64,000 nucleotides of DNA from positions 281,294,001-281,358,000 of the forward strand of contig OZ024742.1 in the NCBI GenBank assembly GCA_964016885.1, given 5' to 3'. Each line of letters begins with the position of its first letter. Position 1 is the first letter of the stretch. The position numbers and the translations under genes are program-made. This document shows positions 1-14,325 of the stretch, piece after piece. Origin of the DNA: Eledone cirrhosa (lineage: Eukaryota). The notes below the pieces were generated by a model that was not told where the DNA came from, did no database searches, and worked only from the letters and a program-made list of their open reading frames with translations.

Positions 1-975
1 ACATGCCACCACACCGGTAACACCCAATTTCAACTGTAAAAAACGGGCAGAATGCCCACTAAACGGGGAATGCCTCGTTAAGAACATTGTTTACCGATGT
101 GATGTCACAGCTGGCAATAAGGAGTACTCATAGATAGATGCGACCTCCACTACATTTAAGGATCGCTGGTATAACCATTGAAGCTCCTTTAAACATAGGT
201 TGAAACGATCCCAAACTAGACTGGCCGATTTGATCTGGGACCTCAAGGACAGGAACATCGAATTCCAGATCATATGGTCAGTCAAAAGATGCGTGGCCCA
301 ACTCCCCAGTGACAGAAACCACTGCAGGTTATGCCTGGCCGAGGCGGCTGAGATAATTAAATTAAAATCTGCCATAAACTAGGTCGGACATAATTATCAA
401 TTGCAGGCACACCAGGATGAACACCTTTTCTGCACAAACATTCGGCTGAGTGCCGCACACTAACGATGACCCAACATAATATTAACCACCTTTGCCCTGT
501 CTCGCCGTTCCTCATCTCAGTGCATTTGTTTCATAACATGTAACCCTTTGTAAGTCCAAATTTTGTATATATCATGCCGCATACATCACCCCCACCAAAA
601 GACACATCGCCATACACCCCTCATATTAGTACCATTGTGTTCTATATGTCCTCTCTGTCAGGTTTTACCTTGTAATCCATTGTAGCATCCTATAAATATA
701 ATGTCGATCATATCACCCCATCGCCACCACACCACCACCACCACTACCACACACATCGCTATATTTTCACAACCTTGTTTTCCTTGTGTTCCCTATATCA
801 CTTTTTAACATGTAATCCACCGTATAATTCGATCCTGTATATATTTTGCGGCTTACAACACCACCACCGCCAACAGAAGACACATCTCCATACTCCAACA
901 ATCATTAACATCACTAATATCGCCAACACATACTTTCCCTCCCTAACCAACGCAAGTGAGTGTGTCTGTCTGTAA
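1..975 (+). mobile_element. Naiad-type PLE 3' remnant: GIY-YIG endonuclease pseudo-ORF (about 29-382) plus C/A-rich 3' region
   Basis: Manual translation FNCKKRAECPLNGECLVKNIVYRCDV..*IDATSTTFKDRWYNH*SSFK..LADLIWDLKD..CRLCLAE carries the CNC-CPL-C, FKxRxxxH and CxLC-E signatures; two in-frame stops. Confidence 0.85.
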
Positions 976-976
976 G

Positions 977-1045
<69 letters not shown>

Positions 1046-1168
1046 AGGAGGTGAGTTTTATTGTAGTACAATAAAGCAATGCAGATATCGGATAAGTAGC
1101 ACTCTACAGTTGTAGGACTGGAGTATAAATAATATATAAGATCAAAAGAGGTTTAAAAGAGTTCCATG

Positions 1169-1238
1169 TATTTTATTATGCGCATTTCAAAAACAAATAT
1201 CATCATGCAATAACATTTGCGTTTTCGTCAGATAAAAG
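1169..1238 (-). ncRNA. Type I hammerhead ribozyme (antisense arm of palindrome)
   Basis: Minus strand TTTTAT-CTGACGA-long stem II-GAAA-T-GCGC-A-TA-ATAAAA. Confidence 0.75.
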
Positions 1239-1436
1239 AGGGAGACATGATATGAAGATTAAAACACACTTGTGAATAGTGCAGTTTTAAATCAAAATAT
1301 GAAAAGTAGTTTTAGATTGATGTGTGATATTGGGATTTTTTCCCAATATCACACATCAATCTAAAACTACTTTTCATATGTTGATTTAAAACTGCACTAT
1401 TCACAAGTGTGTTTTAACCTTCATATCATGTCTCCC

Positions 1437-1507
1437 TATTTTATCTGACGAAAACACAAATGTTATTGCATAATGATATTTGTTTTTGAAATGCGCATAA
1501 TAAAATA
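1437..1507 (+). ncRNA. Type I hammerhead ribozyme, AUA cleavage triplet
   Basis: Stem I TATTTTAT/ATAAAATA, core CTGACGA, stem II CAAATGTTAT/ATGATATTTG, GAAA, palindromic minimal stem III TGCGCA. Confidence 0.8.
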
Positions 1508-1659
1508 CATGGAACTCTTTTAACCATCTTTTGATCTTATATATTATATATATATATATTTATATGTACGACATCTCCATTGGCTCACCCACTCCCTCTA
1601 TCTATGTACTACGGCATCCCCACTGACACTCCCCCCTCTCACTATATACGCACACACAC

Positions 1660-1695
<36 letters not shown>

Positions 1696-2141
1696 GTGTG
1701 TATGTATGTGTGTGTGCGTATGTGTGTCTATGTATGTATATGTCAGTATGTATATACGAATGTGTATGTATACAACGTTTCTGTCAGACTAAGTGTGTCT
1801 ATGTATATATCTCCTCATTGTATTTGACACCACCAACACATCCACCACACCACCATAAACACCATTACCATAAACAACAACACCACACCCACACGACACA
1901 CAATAATCAGCCACAAATACACGCCAATCTGTCTACCGACAATAACCCCCTCCCCCCTTACATCACAGCCCATCTCAGCCTGAGACCGTCACCACCATCT
2001 TATCATCACATCCACCCCCACATACACTACAGGCGAAAACATCCTATGATCTATTCCACCAATCAAAACAAGCCTTATTGACCAACATATGAACTACTGA
2101 CTTTATCATTTAGCATGTATTCATTTTCTACTAGCATTTTA

Positions 2142-2230
2142 AGGGGTTCGTCGAGCTGCGGATTATAGAGTCGGGTAAGATCGATACAGATCGAACCTTG
2201 AGCTGATCAGTGGCGAAACGCGCGTCACCT
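2142..2230 (+). ncRNA. Hammerhead-like motif with variant core TCGTCGA and extended stem II; 3' end of a PLE-type insert about 1570-2285
   Basis: Stem I GGGT/ACCT, stem II GCTGC/GTGGC, GAAA-C-GCGC-G-TC, AATAAA at 2234. Confidence 0.5.
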
Positions 2231-2279
2231 ACCAATAAATGTAATGAAGGAGTAACCAATCGTCCTTGTTATCTTTTCA

Positions 2280-2317
<38 letters not shown>

Positions 2318-2322
<5 letters not shown>

Positions 2323-3081
2323 ATTAGTCTGGGGTCTTTCCTCATCCGAGTGCTCAAGCTACAGACCGATTATGCATATACGCTAGCTTGGCCGTATTCT
2401 AAAGATTCGTCAATGCTGTACTAAAATTTATATTTACTCCTAGAATTAACGAATAACTGATTAATTTAATTAGATGATTCTATTGATTGATTAATTGTTT
2501 AAGTTTGTTTGATAACTTCTAGTCGTGTGCTTTATTCGGTTTGTCTAAAGGGATTCATTCCTTTATCTCAAATTATAATTCATCGCCTAAGCTGGAGTTA
2601 ACTCCCTTGGAGTAAACCACGTGTCTGTGGCGACATTTAAAGTTACAACATACCCGCTCTGGCTAAGAACGAAAGACTTGCTGAAGAAGTAAATCCTATG
2701 TTCTGTCGTCAAAAACCATTATATTGCAGACTCCTGCAATAGGAATTTGTCGATTTGGAATTTGTAGAAACTTAGCGCTGATGTTGGATGTGATATTGTG
2801 ATCTATATTGTTGATATACGATGTGGGTTATATATTTTACACTCAGCCTCACCGCTATGTCCGGGTCAGTATAAAATCTTTTCCTGGGTCCTGTATTTTC
2901 GTTGCTCTGGTAATGCGGCTGGACTGCCGACCGCTATATCTGATTTGATAAGCTGTCTGAACGTAATGTTATTACTCTGGGGTCTATCCTCATCCGAGTG
3001 CTCAAGCTACAGACCGATTATGCATATACGCTAACTTGGCCGTTTACTAAAGCTTTCGTCAATGCTGTACTAAAATTTATA
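2318..3081 (+). mobile_element. Non-coding element of about 650-bp unit length with about 115-bp terminal direct repeats (pseudo-LTR-like)
   Basis: 2318-2432 recurs at about 2966-3081; flanked by (TA)n; degenerate CTGAAGA...GAAAC motif at about 2681-2775. Confidence 0.7.
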
Positions 3082-3104
3082 TATATATAGGTTGGCTTGG
3101 CTTC

Positions 3105-3228
3105 TCTTGAAATATATATAATGAAATAAATATGGTTTTATAAATATAGTTTCCATTTATTTAATATCATGGAATATTTACTCCTATGACTGTTGAGTGC
3201 TCTAAATCAGGTATAAACATTTACTTCT

Positions 3229-3230
<2 letters not shown>
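3105..3230 (+). mobile_element. Truncated pseudo-LTR end (3' half of HHR plus tail), same family as 25349-25765 and 40341-40450
   Basis: Shared GAAATATATATA-AYGAAATAAATATGGTTTTATAAATATAGTTTCCATTT string. Confidence 0.7.
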
Positions 3231-3307
<77 letters not shown>

Positions 3308-3311
<4 letters not shown>

Positions 3312-3787
3312 TAAACGGAATAGAAAATGCTGACAAATTGTTCACAGTTGAAAAATGGTTTAATTGGGAATAAAAGAGTATTAGTGATTGTATGGGTTAG
3401 TATTCAGTTGTGGTTTTAAGTTTTTAAGTTTTTACCGGTTGCGCATTTCTAAATGCTTTTCAAAAATAATTTTGAGATAGAGTGTCCGTGCTGTTTGCTC
3501 TGATCTGATTAGTTTTGGGAATTCTACCTGTTTTTATGTTAAAAAAAATGGCTCCAGCGTTATTTTTGTGTTGTAAAAATGCTTGTGGTCAAAACAATTT
3601 TGATTGGTCGGTAGAGGTCATGTGAATGTAAAAAGTTGATTTTGCGCCAAGACTGTTTTTATGTTAAAATGTTAGAAAAGTGGCTCCAGCAAAGATTATG
3701 GTCAAAACAATTTTGATTGGTCGGTAGAGGTCATGTGGATAAAAATTGGTTTTGCGCCAAGATTGAGAAATGACTCTTTCACAACAA

Positions 3788-3790
<3 letters not shown>
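3308..3790 (-). mobile_element. Repeat of the same family as the 8568-8946 palindrome, with an internal tandem duplication of about 117 bp
   Basis: 3308-3492 is nearly identical to 8570-8754; GGTCAAAACAATTTTGATTGGTCGGTAGAGGTCATGTG occurs twice. Confidence 0.7.
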
Positions 3791-3841
<51 letters not shown>

Positions 3842-4114
3842 TAGTAGTAGTAAGGTATTCGATGCTGCGACAATAGCCACCAGCGATGTGTGTCAAATGG
3901 CTATTAAGATAAGTGTGTGTGTGTGTGTGTGTGTGTGTGCGTACATACACACAGCAGAGTCATTCGAAGGTCAAAAGATATTTTTCAGCTTTTGTCTTAT
4001 ACGGAGAAGTGCGTGTGTGTGTGTGTGTGTGTGTATAAGTCTCTTTGTATGTTGATGTACGCGTGTGTATGTGTCTATGTGTGTGTGTGTGTGTGTGCGT
4101 GTGTGGGTGGACCA

Positions 4115-4150
<36 letters not shown>

Positions 4151-4253
4151 CCCCTGGTAAAATGGTGTACACTATTCGATTTTTTCAGTAAAATCGGTTC
4201 TCTTAATAGAACATCAACAATCTTAACAATAAAAGGTGTGAAATGATATTCAC

Positions 4254-4287
<34 letters not shown>

Positions 4288-4309
4288 TATATATATATAT
4301 ATATATGCA

Positions 4310-6565
4310 AAAGAAACCAAAGAACGCGTACATACTCAAACAATCTTTATTTACTTACAATGTTTCATCCTCACCTTTTGGCAGGAACCATCAGAGCCTA
4401 ATAAATACAGTGTTGAGTATAAGCTCCACAAATACCTAATCACACGAACAATCAGAATAAAGATAGGGAGATTGGAGATGGCGAACAAGGAGGTGCATGC
4501 TGGGGTTGTTAAGCACCGCAGCTAAATGCCAGGGCATAAGCGGATTCAACAAGATGCAGATATAATAGATGGCACACAAAAACAAAGAATGCAAAAGCAA
4601 AAAAAATGCAAAAGAGTAAAAAATACAGACAATGGTTAAAACATAATATAAATTATAATAAAGTAATAAAAAATATAAATATAATAAAAATAATAAAATA
4701 AAATAAAGTAAAATAATAAAAAAAAAAATGAAAAAATAATAAAATAATAATAATAAAATAATTGTTTCTACTTTAGGCACAAGGCCAGCAATTACCCTGT
4801 ACATTACTGGTACTTTATTTTATGGACCCCTAAGGATGAAAGGCAAAGTTAACCTCGGCGGGATTTGAATAATAAAATAATATGTTTTATTTTTGGCACA
4901 AGGCCAGCAAATACCCAGTGCATTACTGGTACTTTATTTTATCGACCCCGTAAGGATGAAAGGCAAAGTTAACCTCGGCGGGGTTTGAATTCAGAATGGC
5001 AAGGGCCGTAACTCTATGCGTCAAAGCATGGCGTCCGACCCTCTACCGATACTGCCAGTCCACCGCTGAATAATAAAATAATAGAACAATAAAAGATAAT
5101 AAGATAAAATAATATAATATAATAAAATTAAAAATTAAAAAAATGTTTTAAGATTTTAAAAGAATTAAGAAATTAAAAAAGTAAATAAGTTTTTTTTTTT
5201 TTTTTTTCTTTAAAAAATAAAAAAATGTTTCTTAAAAGAAATTAAAATAAAAAATAAATAAATGCAGAAAGAAGAAAAAAGTTATAAACACATAGAGAAG
5301 CCAAAAGAGTACAAGCGCTGGTCCCTAGTAACACGAGTGAGTAGGATCTGTGTAACTTATATATAAGCGTTAAGAAGTCCTTTTGCTACATCCAGAAAGA
5401 CCACAGTAATCCGAATCACCACCATCATATACATACACAAGGTATATTGGTAGGTACCCGAACTAGGTAGCCAATGGGTGCTCACAAGCATATAGGAAGG
5501 TATCATAAAAGCACAAGCCTTACACAAATAAATTATGGTTATTATAGGGTAGGGCTGAGTAAAACAAGTATGTAGACAGTCACGGCATAAAAGCAAGCTA
5601 TGAACAAGCAGATCGGGGTTATTGTAAGATAGAGCTGAAGCAATCTTATTATATTAGTTGCTGTAAAACAACCGACAAAGCTATTACTCATGCATATTAG
5701 CAACACAGGCTAGATCAAATGATTACACATTTCCCAAATTTCTACGGGTTAAACAGAAATGGGATTGTCAATAGAAAACCAATCTGTCTAAAAAACACAA
5801 CATATGAATCAATCAAAATTACCAAGTAGTTGGATATTAATTAAACGTAACAATCACATCCAAACCCATGAAATTACATGCTGGATTTATACAACAAATA
5901 ACCACTCTATGTAAAAAATCACAGGCCGTATATTAAAAATTGTTCAAGAATCAGTTCCAGATTCAATTCAAACCAAGTCTCCACACACCATCTGGTCCCG
6001 AACATGTCAAACAATTTCTGGCAACAGCGGCAGCGATCCACGTGGTTAACCAGACTATACAAAACAGAAAAGAAAACAACTGAAGTGCCCAAATCATTAA
6101 ATCCGCCATATACCTTAGCATGCCTGCTAGGTAGGGTCAAACCAATTTATATATTCAGAGATTAAAGAGAATATAAATAAAATTAAAAATACATCCTACG
6201 TACCGCGTAAATTAAGTCTGGATCAAAATAACAGGTTACTTTATTTAGCGCCGCTAGCTTATAGGGATGCACATCAGTTGATGACGTTTTTAGTCGTAAA
6301 ATAATGACGCGGCGTAATTGTGGTAAACAAAAGGGGGATTACTCTAATTTGTCATCCAATAGGTTATTAATTCGGACTGTGATCAAATAAACAGAAAACA
6401 TAATATTTAATCACTAACAGATCCCATAATCATTCAACAGATTCATTCTAAAAAAAACTATAATGCTATTAAGTATTAGTGGACCTGCAGCATTATCGAG
6501 TGTAATACACTAAGGATCATTAAATTCGGTTACTATATGAAAAATCGTAAAGGCTGACATACTAA
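4310..6565 (-). mobile_element. Probable non-coding PLE-type insert with terminal HHR-like motif, interrupted by SINE copies
   Basis: Minus strand 4353-4397 GCT-CTGATGG-TTCCT..AGGAT-GAAA-C-ATT-G-TA-AGT followed by AATAAA; no RT/EN ORF seen; the far boundary is a guess. Confidence 0.45.
4758..5067 (-). mobile_element. tRNA-derived SINE, one near-full copy plus a duplicated 3' half
   Basis: A box TGGCAGTATCGG, B box variant GAATTCAAACCC, core GCCTTTCATCCTTACGGGGTCGATAAAATAAAGTACCAG on the minus strand. Confidence 0.9.
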
Positions 6566-6589
6566 AATAGTGTGTGTGTGTATACTACT

Positions 6590-7050
6590 TTACACCACAA
6601 CAATTCACCACACCAAAACACACTATACCCCACCGCCCACCAACACACCACACCATAACACACCACACCACGCCACATCACACCACATCCCACCACAGCA
6701 CAGTCTGCTATCCTATATCACACCACACCACACCGTACCACACAACACCACACCACATCCCGCCACACCAGACCACAACACACCACACCGGACTACAGCA
6801 CACCATACTACCCCACACCACACCACACAACACCCTACGACACCCCACCCCACCACATCAAACTACACCACACCATACCACATCACACCCCAACACACTA
6901 CACCACACCACATCACACCCTACTACACTACACCACAACCCACTACACTTCAATACATCACACTACACCACACTACATCATACTACACTACACCCCACTA
7001 CACGAAACTACGGGACATCACCACCACACTACAATAAAAACCCACCACAC
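6590..7050. repeat. Degenerate (CACCA/CACTA)n pentamer satellite
   Basis: Direct reading; explains the His/Thr/Pro-rich ORFs. Confidence 0.9.
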
Positions 7051-7117
7051 TGATATATATATATATATATATGTAGTATATTGTATATATATATATATAT
7101 GTATATATAGATATGTA

Positions 7118-7212
<95 letters not shown>

Positions 7213-7216
<4 letters not shown>

Positions 7217-7657
7217 ATTAGAATACTGGAGCGTGTTTGAGTCAAACACCCTCTTCGTATTATAGAAATGACAGTAAAAGGTATAGCTCAATGCAGTTAA
7301 ACAGAGCCGAAAAATTAAGAGAGTAAAACAAAGAATCCTTTAATACATCAAAAGTTTTAACCAAATTTGTTTAGGTTTAAGTTGGTGACTTTGGACTATA
7401 TTTGTAATATGGTTCTTAATGTTATCTACACCCTTAGTTATTATAATTTTATTATTTTTATCTTCATTTTTATTATCGTATATCCTTGTAAGACATTAGT
7501 GTATGTAAACTCCATATTCTTCAGAGTTTCTGGCTTGTATCTGCCGAAATTACCTCTTGTTGTTTTGATTGCCCTGATGAGTCCTTAATAGGACGAAACA
7601 TTGTCGGCTAATAAAAACTGTTGATGTATTAAAGGATTCTTTGTTTTACTCTCTTAA
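7213..7657 (+). mobile_element. Short PLE pseudo-LTR insert with inverted tail (37-bp inverted repeat 7316-7351 / 7621-7657)
   Basis: TTAAGAGAGTAAAACAAAGAATCCTTTAATACATCAA and its reverse complement; (TA)n on both sides. Confidence 0.75.
7571..7608 (+). ncRNA. Minimal type I hammerhead ribozyme, GUC site
   Basis: GCC-CTGATGA-GTCC-TTAATA-GGAC-GAAA-C-ATT-G-TC-GGC, immediately followed by AATAAA. Confidence 0.9.
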
Positions 7658-7692
7658 TATATATATATATATACATGTATATATATATATAC

Positions 7693-8975
<1,283 letters not shown>

Positions 8976-9024
8976 ATATATATATATAGATTACATGAAT
9001 CAAAGTTCTGTTTAAATCATTTAT

Positions 9025-9073
9025 TTGCTTACAATTGTTTCTTCCAAACCGAGGTTTGTAGTCTTCGGAGCAA
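9025..9073 (-). ncRNA. Hammerhead-like motif with CCGAAGA core, GUA site; end of a non-coding insert of about 1.3 kb (8990-10290)
   Basis: TTGCT-CCGAAGA-CTACAAACC-TC-GGTTTGGAA-GAAA-C-AATT-G-TA-AGCAA followed by AATAAA. Confidence 0.65.
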
Positions 9074-10283
9074 TTATTCAGTGATTTTTTACATACTTGA
9101 CCTCCTTTTCAACACAACAGACATATAGAAACATATGTATATATTGACCCACAGTGGGTTGACATCCATTATAATAATATAGCATGGCAATTTACATACA
9201 AAGATTACAGTCATATTAAAGGACAAAATTAAAGTTAAAATTAAAATTAAAATTTAAATTAAAATAAAACATTGGCAGTTTAAGAAGATAAAGCAAGAGG
9301 AAAGTTTGGAGTAGCCAGTGTATGCAACAGTCACACGTGAGGCATGCACGCGTGTCCTATTTATACAAGATTCTAGTGCGGCAGATTGTTACATAAAACA
9401 AGCAGTCAAAGCAGGCAATCAAGAGCATCATGGGGGCTGTACTGGTAAAGCATTTTTCACACACACCTGTACGATATAGAAGCCCGTGTGTAGAGAAACA
9501 CCAAAAATATCAAAAATATTACAAATGAGAAGCAAAACAGCACCACTGCCCTCGTACACACCACCACTCTCACAATCCAGGAAACGCAATTTATAGACTA
9601 CATGTCCATTACACAATCCACGATGATTCAACATTGGGTGCCTGGTGAACCATGTTAGAACATTACAGCTTGTCGTTCTCTAATTCGATTCTATAGAGCA
9701 GGTTGTTATTGTTGTGAGAGTTGACATCGTATTATATTCCGGATGTGTGTGATTAAGGGGAGTTAATGCGTAAGGTGAGGTAACTAGCTGATTTCTATAG
9801 CTAAATTTATTATCCTAAAGTACATTAATGGTGTCTCAAATGAGTCCCTATCATATAAGGTTATAAACAATTTCTAAATGTAAGTATCTTATCTATAAAT
9901 TACAGTGTAGTCTATCAAGAAGTACTAAAGGTGTTCATATTAGGATGATTACCTTCTATCATAGAGTGCCACAACCGAATATTCTACATGAAGAGTCAGA
10001 TCTCCAAATCAATGATCTTTGTAAGTGTAGTCCACCCGCAGAATCTGGCAGGGTCTTATTAGAATCCCTTCTATATATGACTCCTGGTAAGCTGTGGGTC
10101 ATTGTATGTCTGATTGCATGGCAAAGTTAAATATCACTAGGGTAGTCCAGAGATCAATTCTCACTTACAAAGACACTAATCTGACCATCAAGTTATACAT
10201 GTATTTATAACTCATATATCACCTGTACATAATTCATTGCACTCAGCATATAGTATATACATAGCCATAAATAGTATCCTTAA

Positions 10284-10438
<155 letters not shown>

Positions 10439-10443
10439 TATAT

Positions 10444-10479
<36 letters not shown>

Positions 10480-10481
<2 letters not shown>

Positions 10482-11289
10482 TAATTTCAACAATGTCAGT
10501 ATTCCGTGTGTCATAATTCTCGATTATCATTGGTTCATACGGTTCAAATGACTCTGCCCACCTCAACGACGCCAAACTTATATTAATATGCATAATGCCA
10601 AAGAGGGAGTGAGGGGGGAGCAAAAAACAGGGAGGCAAGTGAATGCTGTAACTATTACCATGTGTGCGTGTGTATGTACGTGCGCGTATGTTTATTTGTG
10701 TTTGCGTGTGTGCAGCGTTCCACTGAAAGTAAAAGCAATTTGACTTTATCAAACTGAACTACAGGCTGAACAACGCCATCGGAACGCGGAACTTCAGAGG
10801 CGAAGACGTGCCGCCATGAATGAAGAGGAGCCGGCTGAACAACGCCAACGAAACACTGGAGCCCCACAGCGACGGCGTGCTGCAATTGTTGAAGACGAAC
10901 TGGCTGAGCATCATCTTTTATATTAATTATCTATATCTCTATCTACATATAATATAAAAGATTTTGAACTTCCATCATCCTTTTCAGAAAAGTGGAACAA
11001 CCACGTCTATGCAATGATACACGTTTTATAGTCAGGCAGAAGATGAACCATCTCCTAGAGGTCACTATTCTAGGTGGGGGCACCTACAATTGTTTATATA
11101 CTATGCACAAACGGTAGAACGAAGAATCTGGTATATCTGGAAGATTTTTTTTTACTCTTTTTGTATCACACAAACACCACAGACTCGCCGCATACTGTAA
11201 CCAAACAAACATCCAATACAGTAATTTTCTCTTTTACCTGTCTTCTCTTATCATCTGTTTACCCGGGCGAAGCTGGGTACGTCAGCTAG
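10480..11289 (+). mobile_element. Internally deleted Helitron
   Basis: Pif1-type helicase fragment KVEQPRLCNDTRFIVRQKMNHLLEVTILGG, C-terminal TKNLVY, 3' hairpin TACCCGG-GCGAAG-CTGGGTA then CTAG|T at 11286-11290; 23-aa repeats at 10765-10908; 5' boundary uncertain (10480 or 10942). Confidence 0.85.
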
Positions 11290-11360
<71 letters not shown>

Positions 11361-11550
11361 TTAGGTTTGAAGGTTCACCACTGGATAGAGCTGGTCAATT
11401 CCGTATGGTCAATATTGATGTAATAATATGGAGAGTACTCAACGTAAAGCAGCTCAACCGTCTTCGTTTGTGTAGTTCGTGGTGAGAGTATGGAGTTAAA
11501 TATTATAATAATAGGAGGCTGGACTTGTGTAAATCCTTGAAAGGTTTATT

Positions 11551-11608
11551 ATACTATGATCATTTCAATGACCGGGCTCCGTATGAATCCGGTGATATCA
11601 TCATGTAT
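11551..11608 (-). ncRNA. Hammerhead ribozyme copy 1 (C3A core mutation)
   Basis: ATAC-ATGATGA-stem II ACCGG/CCGGT-GAAA-T-GATC-A-TA-GTAT-AATAAA. Confidence 0.65.
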
Positions 11609-13496
11609 TCGAAATATAATAAATGAATGTAACAGATAAGATCCATGGGGCTGAAAATCATAGACCCGATGACGACTGACCATCTAGCATCTTCCACTTT
11701 AGCCGGTCGCCCTCAAGTGCTGGCTATTCGGCCTACTTAAGGCCATCTGGTGAGGGGGCTAAAGCTTATAGTGTGCTACTAACCTCCCGGTCAAAGAGAA
11801 GAAAAACAGAAAGGAAGAGGAAGAAAAGTCAGCATTAATGTCATGCTACAGTCAAACCAGGAATTGCCGCGAAAAAAGTTATTCTAAAGGACCTGTATCT
11901 TAACATACGTATATATTATAACAGAGGTACATATAGTGGGGGTCTACATGGTAGAATGGTGAACAGAAGATTGGAACGTTAAATTTTTGTTTAGATTTAT
12001 AGTATGAAGTTAAAAATATTAAAGATTAACATTATAAATTTAAAAAATTAGAAAATTGAAAATTAAACAGTTTAAAGAAAAATGTTAAGGTTTTGGGTTG
12101 CGAGGTTTAGTTAAAGAAAGAGTCTTTTATGAAGAAACTTTAATTGTATTATAGGGATCCTCGATAAGTTATCCGAGTGGGATGTACACTAAAGATTATG
12201 TCATTGTTTAGCAGTCAAACATCTTGCAGCGACTGCAGACTCCGGCCAGCCCATCCTAACCACGTGTCACACATTCCGAGTGAGATCACCTAGCGAAAGA
12301 TATGGAAATCAATTTTTCCAAGCACTCTAGGAATGTATTCCAGGCTTCAGGTGTGCTAGTTGGAAGTCAGCCATTGTCGTTAGGCCATCGTTATACCAAA
12401 CGAGTACTATTAATTTACACAGGAGGGGGATTTATTTAAGTCGAGGGAGGCATGATACAGCTAATAATTATGATTAGGCCTAAAATTTAAAGAATATGGC
12501 GGTCAAAAACCGGCTGCGCGGCGGGCCCCGGGGCGAATCAATCCGCTGCGAGTAATTTAATTTACCGAAAGAAGGGGAAATTTAAATTTCCAAGCACTCA
12601 AAGTAGGCCTATGCACCAGGAGGCCTGTCTCGCAGCCAGGAAAACCAACACAACAGTCGGATCATCGCGTGTAATCAACTGTAAAACTCGATGAAAAGCG
12701 CAAATAGACTATATCTAGGTCCCCGAATAGTCCGGGTAATAGGTATTGTTGTTCTCAGGGTGAGATATTCTAGTGTTGTGTGCTAATGGGTACAAGCGAG
12801 TAAAAATTCGAATAAAAGAAATAAAAAAATACATGGATAGATAAAAGTAGAATACGTAGAGAAAAACACATTAATAAAGTAAAAAGGTAGAAATATATAA
12901 ATAAACAAATACAAATAACTAGAGTGGTGGTGGAGTAAAACGGAGAAATCAAAAGACAGGAGAAATACAATATAGTTCAAGTTGCAGTTAGATAATGCAT
13001 ATAGATATGGAAATGGAATCAGTGTGTGTTCGAGTTTGAGAATTCACAGTGAATTACAAAGGCGCTGAAGTATAGGCTAGAGAAATTAGTCAATACAGTA
13101 CAGTACAATACAGGTGATGGTATAATCCGTAGAATTTTGTCGAAGTCTGAATATTCCGAGAGGGAAGTAGCATTGGACCAAGTGGGCGGTAGAAAAAGCG
13201 CAGAGTAGCCAAAATCCGAATGGTGATGAGATCGAGTCAGTCCCATGCCGCTGTTCATCATTACATCTGGAAGTGCTCAACATTTCAGGAGCATTATTTA
13301 TTTAGGTTTGAAGGTTCACCACTGGATAGTGCTGGTCAATTCCATATGGTCAATCTTGATGTAATAATATGGAGAGTACTCAATGTAAAGCAGCTCAACC
13401 GTCTTCGTTTGTGTAGTTGGTGGTGAGAGTATGGAGTTAAATATTATAATAAAATAACAGGAGGCTGGACTTGTGTAAATCCGTGAAAGGTTTATT

Positions 13497-13554
13497 ATAC
13501 TCTGATCATTTCAATGACCGGGCTCCGTATAAATCCGGTGATATCATCAGGTAT
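13497..13554 (-). ncRNA. Hammerhead ribozyme copy 2 (cleavage triplet mutated to AGA)
   Basis: ATAC-CTGATGA-...-GAAA-T-GATC-A-GA-GTAT-AATAAA. Confidence 0.65.
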
Positions 13555-14267
13555 TCGAAATATAATAAATGAATATAACAGAAAAAATCCATGGGGCTGA
13601 AAATCATAGACCCGAGGACGACCGACCATCTAGCATCTTCCACTTTAGCCGGTCGCCCTCAAGTACTGGCCATTCGGCCTACTTAAGGCTATCTGGTGAG
13701 GGGGCTAAAGCTTATAGTGTGCTACTAACCTCCCGGTCAAAGAGAAGAAAAACAGAAAGGAAGAGGAAGAAAAGTCAGCGTTAATGTCATGCTACAAGAA
13801 AAAAAGACAGAAAGAAAGAGGAAGAAAAGTCAGCATTAATGTCATGCTACAGTCAGGCCAGGAATTGCCGCGAAAAAAGTTGTTCTAAAGGGCTCGTATC
13901 TTAACAGAGGTATATATTATAACAGAGGTACATATAGTGTGGGTCTACATGGTAGAATGTGTGAACAGAAGATTGGAACCTTAAATTTTTGTTTAGATGT
14001 ATAGTATGAAGTTAAAAAATTTAAAGATTAACATTATAAAATTAAATAATTAGAAAATCGAAAATTAAACAGTTTTAAAACATTTTTTAAGGTTTTGGGT
14101 TGCGAGGTTTAGTTAAAGAAAGAGTCTTTTATGAAGAAACTTTATAGGGATCCTCGATAACTTATCCAATTGGCTAAAGTGGAAGATGCTAGATGGTCGG
14201 TCGTCCTCGGCTCTATGATTTTCAGCTCCATGGATTTTATCTGTTACATTCATTTATTATATTTCGA

Positions 14268-14325
14268 ATACCTGATGATATCGCCGGATTCCTACGGAGC
14301 CCGGTCATTGAAATGATCATACTAT
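14268..14325 (+). ncRNA. Hammerhead ribozyme copy 3 (inverted; mismatch in first stem I pair)
   Basis: ATAC-CTGATGA-...-GAAA-T-GATC-A-TA-CTAT-AATAAA. Confidence 0.7.

Larger units (their letters stand above)
1044..1547. mobile_element. Fold-back PLE pseudo-LTR: inverted arms 1129-1547 centred near 1338, extra tail 1044-1128, flanked by TA/TG microsatellite
   Basis: Arms are reverse complements with a few mismatches; same family as 20762-21183 and 49570-52823. Confidence 0.85.

Noticed and set aside
179-181. In-frame TGA in the first Naiad fragment
   Set aside because: Falls at a Lys/Arg position (NH*SSF), consistent with CGA>TGA decay; a TAG is also present upstream.
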